DNA of 64,000 nucleotides from a bacterium (GCA_030428125.1 JAUIBF010000001.1:298383-362382), one strand, 5' to 3'; shown: positions 42,617 through 51,118, counted from the first letter of the stretch. Notes: generated by a model from the letters alone, not told the origin. Numbers and translations are program-made.

Positions 42617-43501
42617 ATGAGTAATGGTTCAGAATTTGATTTAATACAGCAGGTAGATTCTGGGAATACAGATCGTCGTTTCATTGCTAGAGTTGGTGCG
42701 GCAAGCGCAGTAGCGTTAGGCGTGCTCGGCGTTGCTGCACTTAGCGGAGGTGGAAGCTCAGCTGATAGCGAACTAGCTAGAGGCGATGTGATTGTACACA
42801 CAGAAACGAGAACAATGTCGTCAGGATGGGTGATACCCGCAAGTGTAGGACAAGTTATTGCGACTGCAGATTTCCCGCCTGAATTTGCTGGTGCTAGTTG
42901 TGAAGTTGAAGGTACAGCACTAAACACCGATGCTGACGGAGGTGGATCAATCAGGGCCGAGACTAGTGGTGAAATATCATCACCGGGAGGATCTGGTAGT
43001 GTTGACATGGGTGCATTTGAGGCAGCGCTAGCTAATACCCCTTACAGCGGCTCAATTACACTGGGTAACACCACTGAGGTTCAGACTGTGCTTACTGGTG
43101 TGGGTTCTGACAAGAAAGTGTCTGCAAGCACCGAAACATCTGTAACGTGTAGTTATGAGGAAGAAGTTCCAGGGACTACTACAACAACTGAAGCAGCTAC
43201 CACCACAACCATGGAACCAACGACTACGACAACAGAAGCTGTTACCACAACTACCGAAGCAGCTACCACCACAACCATGGAACCAACGACTACGACAACA
43301 GAAGCTGTTACCACAACTACTGAAGCTGTTACCACAACTACTGAAGCTGTTACCACGACTACCGAACCAACTACCACAACTACTGAAGCTGCGACTACGA
43401 CTACTGAAGCGACCACTACAACCACAGCTGCCCCGACAACTACGGTGGCTCCTACTACAACTGCAACTCCAAACACAGTTACACCACCACAAACGCCGTA
43501 G
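42617..43501 (+). CDS. N-terminally anchored surface protein with a Thr-rich (mucin-like) C-terminal tail
   Basis: A TM helix (FIARVGAASAVALGVLGVAAL) is followed by a domain of about 130 aa. The tail is then TTTTEAATTTTMEPTTTTTEAVTTTT repeats ending TPNTVTPPQTP. Confidence 0.75.
   Translation: MSNGSEFDLIQQVDSGNTDRRFIARVGAASAVALGVLGVAALSGGGSSADSELARGDVIVHTETRTMSSGWVIPASVGQVIATADFPPEFAGASCEVEGTALNTDADGGGSIRAETSGEISSPGGSGSVDMGAFEAALANTPYSGSITLGNTTEVQTVLTGVGSDKKVSASTETSVTCSYEEEVPGTTTTTEAATTTTMEPTTTTTEAVTTTTEAATTTTMEPTTTTTEAVTTTTEAVTTTTEAVTTTTEPTTTTTEAATTTTEATTTTTAAPTTTVAPTTTATPNTVTPPQTP
43175..43476 (+). repeat. nested in-frame tandem repeats (66-bp unit x2, then 21-bp units) encoding a Thr-rich tail
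   Basis: The 66-bp unit at 43190-43255 is repeated at 43256-43321 with 65/66 identity. It is followed by five 21-bp gaa-gct/cca-...-act units. Confidence 0.9.
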
Positions 43502-43613
43502 GTTAATAGTCAATAAAACAACACTAACAGTCTTGGCTCCCGAATGAGAGTCTGGTTATACTATTAGTAATCGCGGGCGAAAAAATAAACACGCGTGGAG
43601 GGAATAACAATTT

Positions 43614-44153
43614 ATGGCTAATAACCACAGCCAAAGGGTGGCTGCATTTTTGCTGGCCTTTCTGTTCTTGCTGAGCACCATAGGTACGGCAGTATATGTG
43701 ATAATTCAGTTGAATACCGAATCTGGAATAGTTGAGGACGATATAACAATTAATGATGAAGTAGAACCACAAGAGGAAGTCGACATGGGTACAATAGATC
43801 CTTATGAAGGACCATATGAAATAGCTGAACTTAGATTTGAAGATGAAGTCGTTGGAGACGGCGCAGAAGTTCAGCCGGGTGATACAGTGACTATTCACTA
43901 CACCGGAGCCCTAAACTCTGACGGCAGTATATTCGATTCGTCAGTATCTCGTGGTGAGCCGGCTACATTTCCATTGGACAACCTAATTGCTGGCTGGCAA
44001 GAAGGAATTCCAGGCATGAAAGTGGGTGGTAAAAGAAGATTATTTATACCAGCAGAACTTGGCTACGGAGAGGCAGGTTCAGGCAGTAATATTCCACCTA
44101 ACTCCGATCTTATTTTTGACATTGAGCTCTTTGATACTCAAAGTGCCCAGTGA
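43614..44153 (+). CDS. membrane-anchored FKBP-type peptidyl-prolyl isomerase
   Basis: An N-terminal TM helix is followed by VTIHYTGALNSDGSIFDSS...GWQEGIPGMKVGGKRRLFIPAELGYG...LIFDIELF. Confidence 0.9.
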   Translation: MANNHSQRVAAFLLAFLFLLSTIGTAVYVIIQLNTESGIVEDDITINDEVEPQEEVDMGTIDPYEGPYEIAELRFEDEVVGDGAEVQPGDTVTIHYTGALNSDGSIFDSSVSRGEPATFPLDNLIAGWQEGIPGMKVGGKRRLFIPAELGYGEAGSGSNIPPNSDLIFDIELFDTQSAQ

Positions 44154-44307
44154 GGTGAATAAAAACTAAAGGGGGTGAACAAAATACAGACAAAAACGAT
44201 AAAAAACACAACATATGGGGTACTTGCTTTTAGCATAAGCACCATATACAATGAAATCACGATGTAATATTAAACCAAAAACGAGTCAAAAAAGGAGTCT
44301 CGCAACC

Positions 44308-44553
44308 ATGTCAAAAAAAATAACAGTCTTTACTACTAACACATGCGCATACTGTGCCATGGTCAAAAAGTGGTTAGACAGCAAGGGTGTAAAGTACAAC
44401 GTAGTTAATCTGGACGAAAACCCAGAGAAGCAAAAAGAAATCTACGAAAAAAGTGGAGCGTTGACTGTACCAGTAACTTTGATTGAAAAAGAAGATAGCA
44501 CAGAAGAAGTTGTGATTGGATACAACTTGGCGCGACTTGCGAGTGTCGTGTAA
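44308..44553 (+). CDS. NrdH/glutaredoxin-like small redox protein
   Basis: The ATG at 44308 is preceded by aaaaggag. MSKKITVFTTNTCAYCAMVKKWL carries a CxxC motif; the protein is 81 aa. Confidence 0.8.
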   Translation: MSKKITVFTTNTCAYCAMVKKWLDSKGVKYNVVNLDENPEKQKEIYEKSGALTVPVTLIEKEDSTEEVVIGYNLARLASVV

Positions 44554-44584
44554 GATATATTTCAGTAGGAATATGTAACTTATA

Positions 44585-44620
44585 AAGCCTGCTCGGTAAA
44601 AATAACCCAGCAGGCTTTTA
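44585..44620 (+). terminator. intrinsic terminator after the NrdH-like gene
   Basis: aagcctgct (44585-44593) pairs with agcaggctt (44609-44617). The T-run tttt overlaps the 3' end of the stem (44616-44619). Confidence 0.6.
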
Positions 44621-44644
44621 AAATCTAACTAGGGGAGATGAGTA

Positions 44645-45607
44645 ATGGCAGACAAAGTACATGACGTGATAATGATAGGCGCGGGACCGACTAGTCTGGC
44701 AGCTGCTGTTTATACGTCACGTGAAGACATAGAAACATTGATATTCGAAAAAGGTATCATTGGGGGTCTTGCTGCTATTACTGATCAAATTGATAACTAC
44801 CCAGGTTTCGAAGAAGGAATTGAAGGTTTGCAGCTAGCTGAAAAATTGCAAAAACAAGCAGAACGATTTGGCGCTACAATTGAACTAGGTGAAGTGCAGT
44901 CAGTCAAGAAAGACGGCGACGTCTTTTCTTTGAGTACCACAAGTGGAGAGTTGCAAGCTAAGACTTTACTGATTGGCACCGGTTCGGAATGGAAAAAGTT
45001 AAAGATACCGGGCGAAGATGACTTTTACGGCCGAGGTGTACATAACTGTGCGACGTGTGACGGAGCATTCTACAGAGACAAGAAACTAGTGGTTGTAGGT
45101 GGTGGTAACTCTAGTGCGCAAGAAGCATTATTCTTAACCAAATTTGCTAGCCACATAGATATCTTAATCCGAGGTGATAAGTGGAAAGCAAGTGATGTGT
45201 TAGTGGATGAGGCAGAAAAAAACGACAAAATTACAGTTCATTTCAACACTACAACAGATGAAATTGTTGGTGGTGATGAAAACAAAGTCACAGCGGTAAA
45301 AGGTACCAAGGATGGTCAAGAAACGACATTTGAAGTAGACGGGGTGTTTGTCTTTATCGGGTTGAAGCCAGTGACCTACTTCTTAGAAGGAAGCGGTGTC
45401 GAACTTGACGAATATGGATTCGTAAAAACAAACCACAAGCTAATGACTAATGTTCCGGGTATATTTTGTGCAGGTGATGTTCGCTCAGGTGCGACAATGC
45501 AGATCGCGGCTGCAGTCGGAGAAGGTGCTGCTGCTGCATTGTCTATTCGTGAATATCTAGAAAACTATCAGAGAGAAATGATCCCAAACGGCAACGGACA
45601 AGACTAG
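44645..45607 (+). CDS. trxB: thioredoxin-disulfide reductase
   Basis: GAGPTSLAAAVY, the redox-active CATCDG, and GGGNSSAQEALFL. Confidence 0.93.
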   Translation: MADKVHDVIMIGAGPTSLAAAVYTSREDIETLIFEKGIIGGLAAITDQIDNYPGFEEGIEGLQLAEKLQKQAERFGATIELGEVQSVKKDGDVFSLSTTSGELQAKTLLIGTGSEWKKLKIPGEDDFYGRGVHNCATCDGAFYRDKKLVVVGGGNSSAQEALFLTKFASHIDILIRGDKWKASDVLVDEAEKNDKITVHFNTTTDEIVGGDENKVTAVKGTKDGQETTFEVDGVFVFIGLKPVTYFLEGSGVELDEYGFVKTNHKLMTNVPGIFCAGDVRSGATMQIAAAVGEGAAAALSIREYLENYQREMIPNGNGQD

Positions 45608-45641
45608 ACATTAGCATAAAAAAATGATATAATATTATATT

Positions 45642-46310
45642 ATGTCAGAAACAGTTTTGCCTTTTGATGTTAGGTATGCGATGTCCTATAGGGAAGCGCA
45701 TCTAACAACTGATGAAGTAAGTAGCTTGTACAGAAATTTCGGTGAATTAGGTTTATACCTAACACTTAAATCTATGCATGGTAATACAGATGGTCAATCA
45801 GAGTTATTAGAACAAGTTGTTTCTAGAAATTTTGATTTAACTGGCATTACTCACCCAGGTTCTGAACACCCAACTGTAGACGGGAAGAAAATTGCCGCTT
45901 TTTCTAGGTATGGAGAAAATACGACTCGCGAGGCTTTTATCAGTGATGCAAATAAAAGGAGAGAGTTGATAAGGCAGCCAGGAAATAGCTTAGTGTTAAT
46001 GGCATACGGCATGTATGCCGGTCTGCGTCCGTACGTCGAAGTTTTATCAGAATCTGAAGGATCTTTCGTTGTAGTAAGTGATGAATCTGTTTTGGACGGG
46101 GATGATTTGGTGGGGGTAAAGTTTCAAAACGGTAGGGGTAGAGTAGAAATAGAGCCTTTCTCGATTTCAGAAGAGTGGCCGAATGAAGTAACCGTAGTCG
46201 ACGATACAATTAACAGCGGAGATACATTTAAAGCTTTCAGAACAGGATTTATTAACCGCGTTGGAAATGTGAACTTAGATCTACAAGCTGTTTTTGCTAA
46301 TGCGAACTAA
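45642..46310 (+). CDS. hypothetical protein with a C-terminal PRPP-binding (phosphoribosyltransferase-like) motif
   Basis: VTVVDDTINSGDT near residue 185 of 222 resembles the type I PRTase PRPP loop. The rest of the protein is unrecognised. Confidence 0.55.
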   Translation: MSETVLPFDVRYAMSYREAHLTTDEVSSLYRNFGELGLYLTLKSMHGNTDGQSELLEQVVSRNFDLTGITHPGSEHPTVDGKKIAAFSRYGENTTREAFISDANKRRELIRQPGNSLVLMAYGMYAGLRPYVEVLSESEGSFVVVSDESVLDGDDLVGVKFQNGRGRVEIEPFSISEEWPNEVTVVDDTINSGDTFKAFRTGFINRVGNVNLDLQAVFANAN

Positions 46311-46317
46311 TAAAGTG

Positions 46318-46767
46318 CTAGTTTAGTAGTTCGCCTATTTTTAGACTTTCAAGCTGTCTAGCTGCATTTGAACTATGAGGGGTTCCTGAGCCAACTTGCT
46401 CACCGGAATCAGTCTTGCGTTGATTAAATAGACTACTGCCGTCTACACCACATGCTCTGAGGATCTCGTCACCTCCCTGGTGTCTAGGTATATATGTGGT
46501 TAGGTCATAGACGTTACCATCGATGATTGTCCAGCAGTCATCTTCAGTGCTGTGTGAAGCGACTTCTTCTGCGCTGAATCCGTCTGAAGCTACTGGCTGC
46601 TGATTATCCAAGTCGGATTCGTTAGTCTGTGCTTGTGGCGCACTCGATTCAGCAGATTGCTGACCACTCACAGTATCGTCATTGCTATCATCACTTGCTA
46701 TATATAAAAAACCACCAATCGCAACTATTATGGCTACAACTATTACTGCTAAAATTCCTGGCTTCAT
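46318..46767 (-). CDS. membrane-anchored cytochrome b5-like heme-binding domain protein
   Basis: The start at MKPGILAVIVVAIIVAIGGFLYIA avoids overlap with the upstream gene. An acidic linker is followed by DCWTIIDGNVYDLTTYIPRHQGGDEIL...GTPHSS, which supplies two candidate axial His. Confidence 0.7.
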   Translation of the reverse strand: MKPGILAVIVVAIIVAIGGFLYIASDDSNDDTVSGQQSAESSAPQAQTNESDLDNQQPVASDGFSAEEVASHSTEDDCWTIIDGNVYDLTTYIPRHQGGDEILRACGVDGSSLFNQRKTDSGEQVGSGTPHSSNAARQLESLKIGELLN

Positions 46768-46780
46768 GACACACCCTTCC

Positions 46781-47380
46781 TTACTTAAATTTATTAGGGT
46801 AGTCGGTGAAAATACCGTCAACACCCCACGATTCTAGTTCCTCGGCACGATCTACACTATTAACAGTGTATGCAAACACAGTATAACCTTTATGCTTCAA
46901 TGATTTGACAAATCCTGACCATAACCAGTTGTGATTAAAGTGAAGTTCGGTGGTGTTTAGCAAGCTAGCTTCTGCCACTGCTCGAACCCCTGACCACTTT
47001 TCTGTTACGGCTAACTTTGCTTCCGGGAGAGTCTTTTTGACGGTATCTAATACGCTATAAAGCTTACTTGAGATTGTGTAGTCTCCATTGTAACTAGCTA
47101 GTACTTTTTTAAGTTTCTTGATTACTCTCTCTTCCTTTACTTCTAATACAAGTGGCACTTTACCGTTGACGGTTTTCAGGGCATCATCAAGCGAGCAATA
47201 ACTTCCTGTGTGAAGTGTCGGGTCATGCGACAGTACTAGCTGACCACCGTGAAGTCGAATGTCCACCTCTATCATGTCTACGTTATTTTTCAGAGCTTTC
47301 ATTAGAGAGTCTACAGTATTCTCTGCTGCTAATCCTCTTGCACCGCGGTGACCGATTATTATCATGGGTATAGTGTACAA
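46781..47380 (-). CDS. glycerophosphodiester phosphodiesterase
   Basis: IIGHRGARGLAAENT, EVDIRLHGGQLVLSHD and a C-terminal GVDGIFTDYP are GDPD motifs. Confidence 0.85.
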   Translation of the reverse strand: MYTIPMIIIGHRGARGLAAENTVDSLMKALKNNVDMIEVDIRLHGGQLVLSHDPTLHTGSYCSLDDALKTVNGKVPLVLEVKEERVIKKLKKVLASYNGDYTISSKLYSVLDTVKKTLPEAKLAVTEKWSGVRAVAEASLLNTTELHFNHNWLWSGFVKSLKHKGYTVFAYTVNSVDRAEELESWGVDGIFTDYPNKFK

Positions 47381-47412
47381 TATGAGTAAAGATAATCAGG
47401 AGAGAAAAACAG

Positions 47413-47937
47413 ATGGATTACAACGCTATTTTAAAGCCTTATTCCGAAGATAAAACAATAAATGTTGTTATTGAAATACCAATGGGTTCAAATCATAAAA
47501 TAGAATTTGATAGAAAACGAAAGATTATGGTTCTAGATCGAGTAGAGCCAGGAATCTTTGCAAAACCAGTTAACTATGGATTTATTCCAGGTACGCTAGA
47601 TGATGACGGTGATGAGCTGGATGTACTTTTTGTAACAGATCAACCGATGACAACCGGTGTAGTTTCTGAGGCTACTGTCCTCGGAGTTCTAGAGTTCGAA
47701 GACGACGGTGAAATGGACCACAAAGTTATATGTGTGCCAGCCGACGACAGACACACCGGAAACAGGATTAAGAGCCTTGACGACTTAGGTGAACAGTGGA
47801 AAAAGCAAATCGACCACCACTTCAGCCGATATAAAGATTTGAAAAAGCCAGGTTCAACGAAAGTTTTAGGTTTTGGTGATGTAGATAAGGCACATGAAGT
47901 GATTGCTGAATGTATCGAACGATGGGACAGCCAGTAA
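47413..47937 (+). CDS. ppa: family I inorganic pyrophosphatase
   Basis: VVIEIP, HKIEFD, LDR, NYGFIP, DDGDELDV, DDGEMDHKV and RYKDL match family I catalytic positions. Confidence 0.9.
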   Translation: MDYNAILKPYSEDKTINVVIEIPMGSNHKIEFDRKRKIMVLDRVEPGIFAKPVNYGFIPGTLDDDGDELDVLFVTDQPMTTGVVSEATVLGVLEFEDDGEMDHKVICVPADDRHTGNRIKSLDDLGEQWKKQIDHHFSRYKDLKKPGSTKVLGFGDVDKAHEVIAECIERWDSQ

Positions 47938-48411
47938 ATGTCTCTTTGGGCAACCATTGAGATCCCGCAAGGGCTAAAGAACAAGTACGAGCTAGACTCG
48001 AACGGAAAACTGTTATTGGATTGGGTAGCAAACCGGCCGTTTCCTGCCAACTACGGCTCGATTGAAGGTGCGCTTGCAGAGGATGGCGATGAGTTAGATG
48101 TATTGGTAGTTACTGACGAGCCTTTGCTCGCTTTGTCTAGGGTTGAAATCCGACCGCTGGGATACTTAAAGATGATAGATAATGGCGAAGTCGACAATAA
48201 GCTACTGGCAGTCGCACTAAACGACTCTACTAAGGCAAGCTTGCAATCGATTGCGGATTTCGAAGAGAAATTTCTTGTGGAAATACAAGAGTTTTTCCAG
48301 GCAATTAAAGATTTCACAAACACACCAGTGCAGTTTAGTGGTTGGGGTACAAAAGGCGAAGTAGATTCGTTAATTGCACATTGTCAACAGAAGTACCAAG
48401 GTAGAAAATGA
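47938..48411 (+). CDS. divergent second family I pyrophosphatase paralog
   Basis: It starts immediately after the ppa stop (TAAATG). EIPQG, NKYELD, NYGSI, EDGDELDV and DNGEVDNK are retained. LDW replaces LDR, and AIKDF replaces the YKDL of the first copy. Confidence 0.8.
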   Translation: MSLWATIEIPQGLKNKYELDSNGKLLLDWVANRPFPANYGSIEGALAEDGDELDVLVVTDEPLLALSRVEIRPLGYLKMIDNGEVDNKLLAVALNDSTKASLQSIADFEEKFLVEIQEFFQAIKDFTNTPVQFSGWGTKGEVDSLIAHCQQKYQGRK

Positions 48412-49169
48412 GTTCTCACTCAGATTTTGTAGTTCCATTAGTTAGGTCACTTCGAGGTGAAATTATGGCCGCTTATGGACAGATAGATCACGACGTTAAA
48501 GGTGATAATTCTGTAGTTACAGAAATCGATAAGCAAGTCGAAGCAAAGTTAATTGATGCTCTGAAGAAAGAGTTCCCAGACATAGGATTCGTCGGAGAAG
48601 AACATGGTCAGCAAGGCCCTACGGACAGGTATTGGCTGATCGACCCGATTGATGGCACCGAGAGCTATGTACGTGGGTTGCCTGGAGTTACTTCAATGAT
48701 TGGGCTTGTAGAAGACGCTGAAGTAACTCAGGCCTACATTTACGACCCTGTAGACGACATAATGTACACCGCGTTCAAGGGTATGGGTGTTTACGCGGAT
48801 GATAAAAAAATCGGTGTTGCTAATCGTCAACTAGAGCGAAGCATAATATCAGTTTCTAGCGCGATGCCTTATAAAAACCCAGAGTTGATGAAAGAAATTA
48901 AGTCAATTGGTGCTTACTACATAGGTACTTATTATGGGGCCGGTTGCAAGGCAGTATATTGCGCTACCGGCAAAGTAGATGGAGTGGTTGTTCACAATAA
49001 CAGTGGTGGCATTTGGGATTATGCACCAACTGCGTTCATGATGAGGGAAGCCGGAGCAATTTATACGGAATTCGATGGAAAAGGCTTAGAGTCTCGTTCG
49101 TATGCGTGCTTGAGTCCAGCAGTTAACGACCTGCTGCTCCCGGCAATAAAGAAAGAGCTCGCAGGATGA
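48408..49169 (+). CDS. inositol monophosphatase/FBPase-family phosphatase
   Basis: EEHG...WLIDPIDGTESYV is the IMPase signature. The junction with the upstream gene is an ATGA overlap. Confidence 0.85.
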   Translation: MSSHSDFVVPLVRSLRGEIMAAYGQIDHDVKGDNSVVTEIDKQVEAKLIDALKKEFPDIGFVGEEHGQQGPTDRYWLIDPIDGTESYVRGLPGVTSMIGLVEDAEVTQAYIYDPVDDIMYTAFKGMGVYADDKKIGVANRQLERSIISVSSAMPYKNPELMKEIKSIGAYYIGTYYGAGCKAVYCATGKVDGVVVHNNSGGIWDYAPTAFMMREAGAIYTEFDGKGLESRSYACLSPAVNDLLLPAIKKELAG

Positions 49170-49600
49170 GCGATATGTTCTATTCCGCTGGTGGAGTAGT
49201 TATCGGTCCTGGTAATAAAGTTCTAGTTGTAAACCAAAACAACGATTCTTGGAGTTTGCCTAAAGGTCATTTGGACCCAGGTGAAGATGAAGAATCGGCA
49301 GCAACGAGAGAGATTTTTGAAGAAAGTGGCATCCAGGACGTACATATCATTGAGAGGCTTGGTGAGTATGAAAGGGGTCGTATCGGTGAAGGTGGTGTAG
49401 GCGAAAACCTCAATCAGATGAAACACATAACTATGTTTTTGTGTTTAACGAATCAGGCCGAACTTAAGCCTATCGATCCAGAAAACCCTCAGGCAGAGTG
49501 GCTTAGCATAGAAGATGTGGTGGATAAATTGACACATCCAAAAGACAAAGAATTCTTCCAATCAGTTATTCCAAAATTGCTTAAATTTATCTCCTCTTGA
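49166..49600 (+). CDS. NUDIX hydrolase
   Basis: Nudix box GHLDPGEDEESAATREIFEESGI. The junction with the upstream gene is an ATGA overlap. Confidence 0.9.
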   Translation: MSDMFYSAGGVVIGPGNKVLVVNQNNDSWSLPKGHLDPGEDEESAATREIFEESGIQDVHIIERLGEYERGRIGEGGVGENLNQMKHITMFLCLTNQAELKPIDPENPQAEWLSIEDVVDKLTHPKDKEFFQSVIPKLLKFISS

Positions 49601-49626
49601 TAGCATAAGCTTAATCACGCTACAAT
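49597..49626 (+). promoter_or_regulatory. putative promoter upstream of gap
   Basis: TTGATA (49597-49602), an 18-nt spacer, then TACAAT (49621-49626). The SD ggag lies before the ATG at 49655. Confidence 0.35.
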
Positions 49627-49654
49627 ATAGTGAAAGTAATAATCGGAGAACTAC

Positions 49655-50668
49655 ATGAAAACCAAAGTGGCAATTAACGGATTCGGAAGAATTGGCCGTA
49701 ATGCTTTTAAAGTAGCATTTGAGCGAAAAGACCTAGAAATCGTTGCTATAAACGATTTAACAGATACAAAAATGCTTGCCCATCTTTTGAAATACGACTC
49801 AAATTATGGAAATTACCCACATGACGTTAGCTTTGACGAGAAACACATCATCATAAATGACCAAAAAATTCCAGTTTTCGCAGAACGTGAACCAGCAAAC
49901 TTACCGTGGGGTGAGCATAAGGTTGACGTCGTAATCGAGTCAACGGGCTTTTTTGTTAAGTCTGAACTTGCCAAATCTCATGTTGACGCAGGAGCAAAAC
50001 GAGTGGTGATTAGTGCCCCTGCTAAAGATGACGGTGCCGAAACAATAGTACTTGGAGTGAACGAAGACAAGCTGGAAGATACAGAGGCAGTCGTGATGAG
50101 CAATGCAAGTTGCACGACGAACAGTCTAGCAGCTGTTATGGACATCATAGACAGAGAGTTTGGTGTAGAAAAATCTTTGATGACAACAGTTCACAGTTAT
50201 ACAGCAGACCAGCGTTTGCAAGACGCACCTCACAAAGATTACCGTCGAGCACGGGCGGCAGCACAGAATATCATCCCTACTACATCTGGAGCGGCAATTG
50301 CTGTGACTAAGACTTTGCCAAACCTCAAAGGTAAATTTGATGGAAGTGCTATCCGTGTTCCGACCAGTGTTGTGAGCATTTCTGACATCACTATATTGCT
50401 CAAGAAAGATACAACTGAAGAAGAAATTAACGATGTGTTCAAGAAGGTCTGCAGCGAACCTTACTATCAGGGCATACTGACCTATACAGAGGATGAACTA
50501 GTCAGTAGTGACTTTATTGGAAATAGTCATAGTGGAATAGTAGATCTGCCGTCAACAAAAGTCGTTGATGGAAATCTGGCTAAAGTCGCCGTTTGGTATG
50601 ACAACGAATGGGGCTACTCTAACCGACTGGTTGAGCTAGTTGCTGATATCGGGAAAAGTTTGAGCTAG
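49655..50668 (+). CDS. gap: glyceraldehyde-3-phosphate dehydrogenase, type I
   Basis: INGFGRIGRN, the catalytic SNASCTTNSLA, and WYDNEWGYSNR. Confidence 0.95.
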   Translation: MKTKVAINGFGRIGRNAFKVAFERKDLEIVAINDLTDTKMLAHLLKYDSNYGNYPHDVSFDEKHIIINDQKIPVFAEREPANLPWGEHKVDVVIESTGFFVKSELAKSHVDAGAKRVVISAPAKDDGAETIVLGVNEDKLEDTEAVVMSNASCTTNSLAAVMDIIDREFGVEKSLMTTVHSYTADQRLQDAPHKDYRRARAAAQNIIPTTSGAAIAVTKTLPNLKGKFDGSAIRVPTSVVSISDITILLKKDTTEEEINDVFKKVCSEPYYQGILTYTEDELVSSDFIGNSHSGIVDLPSTKVVDGNLAKVAVWYDNEWGYSNRLVELVADIGKSLS

Positions 50669-50674
50669 ATTCAA

Positions 50675-51118
50675 ATGAAAATATTTCTCGGCGCTGACCA
50701 TAATGGCTATGACCTAAAGGAGAAGATTGAAAAATATCTAACTGGTCTAGGACATGAGGTTGTAGACGAGGGTGATGAGAAGTTAGATCCTGAGGATGAT
50801 TTCACAGTTTTCGCGTCCCGTGTAGTAAATTCCATGAAATCTGTGGGTGGTGATGCAAAAGGTATATTAGTCTGTGGTAGTGGCCAAGGAATGATGATTG
50901 CTGCCAACAGGCACAAAGGTATCCGAGCAGGTTTAGGCTGGAGCGAAGATGCTGCTAAATCAACTCGAAATGACGAAGATAGCAATGTATTGGCGTTGCC
51001 GGCAGAGATACTCACCGATAAGGATCAATGGCAAAAAATAATCAGTACTTGGCTCAATACACCTTTTGCCGGCGCAGAAAGATATAAGCGTCGAAACAGA
51101 CAGTTAGACGAACTATAA
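50675..51118 (+). CDS. rpiB: ribose-5-phosphate isomerase B (RpiB/LacAB family)
   Basis: MKIFLGADHNGYDLKE...GILVCGSGQGMMIAANR. Confidence 0.88.
   Translation: MKIFLGADHNGYDLKEKIEKYLTGLGHEVVDEGDEKLDPEDDFTVFASRVVNSMKSVGGDAKGILVCGSGQGMMIAANRHKGIRAGLGWSEDAAKSTRNDEDSNVLALPAEILTDKDQWQKIISTWLNTPFAGAERYKRRNRQLDEL

Noticed and set aside
42601-43008. 135-aa antisense ORF covering the 5' half of the surface-protein gene.
   Set aside because: Locally higher GC reduces the frequency of antisense stops. The product is Pro/Ser/Ala-rich with no start context, and the sense gene has an SD and a TM anchor.
43175-43476. Tandem repeats (this region and the 20-mer pair at 42571-42610) as a possible CRISPR array.
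   Set aside because: There are no spacers. The repeats are contiguous and in-frame coding (66/21 bp), or amount to a single 2-copy duplication. No cas genes are in the window.
43052-43547. Three extra ORFs (43052-43513 minus, 43153-43476 minus, 43155-43547 plus) overlapping the Thr-rich repeat.
   Set aside because: They are artefacts of the ACN-rich tandem repeat being open in several frames (poly-Val, poly-Cys/Ser/Gly and poly-Leu/Pro/Gln products). Only the frame continuous with the TM anchor and upstream domain is credible.
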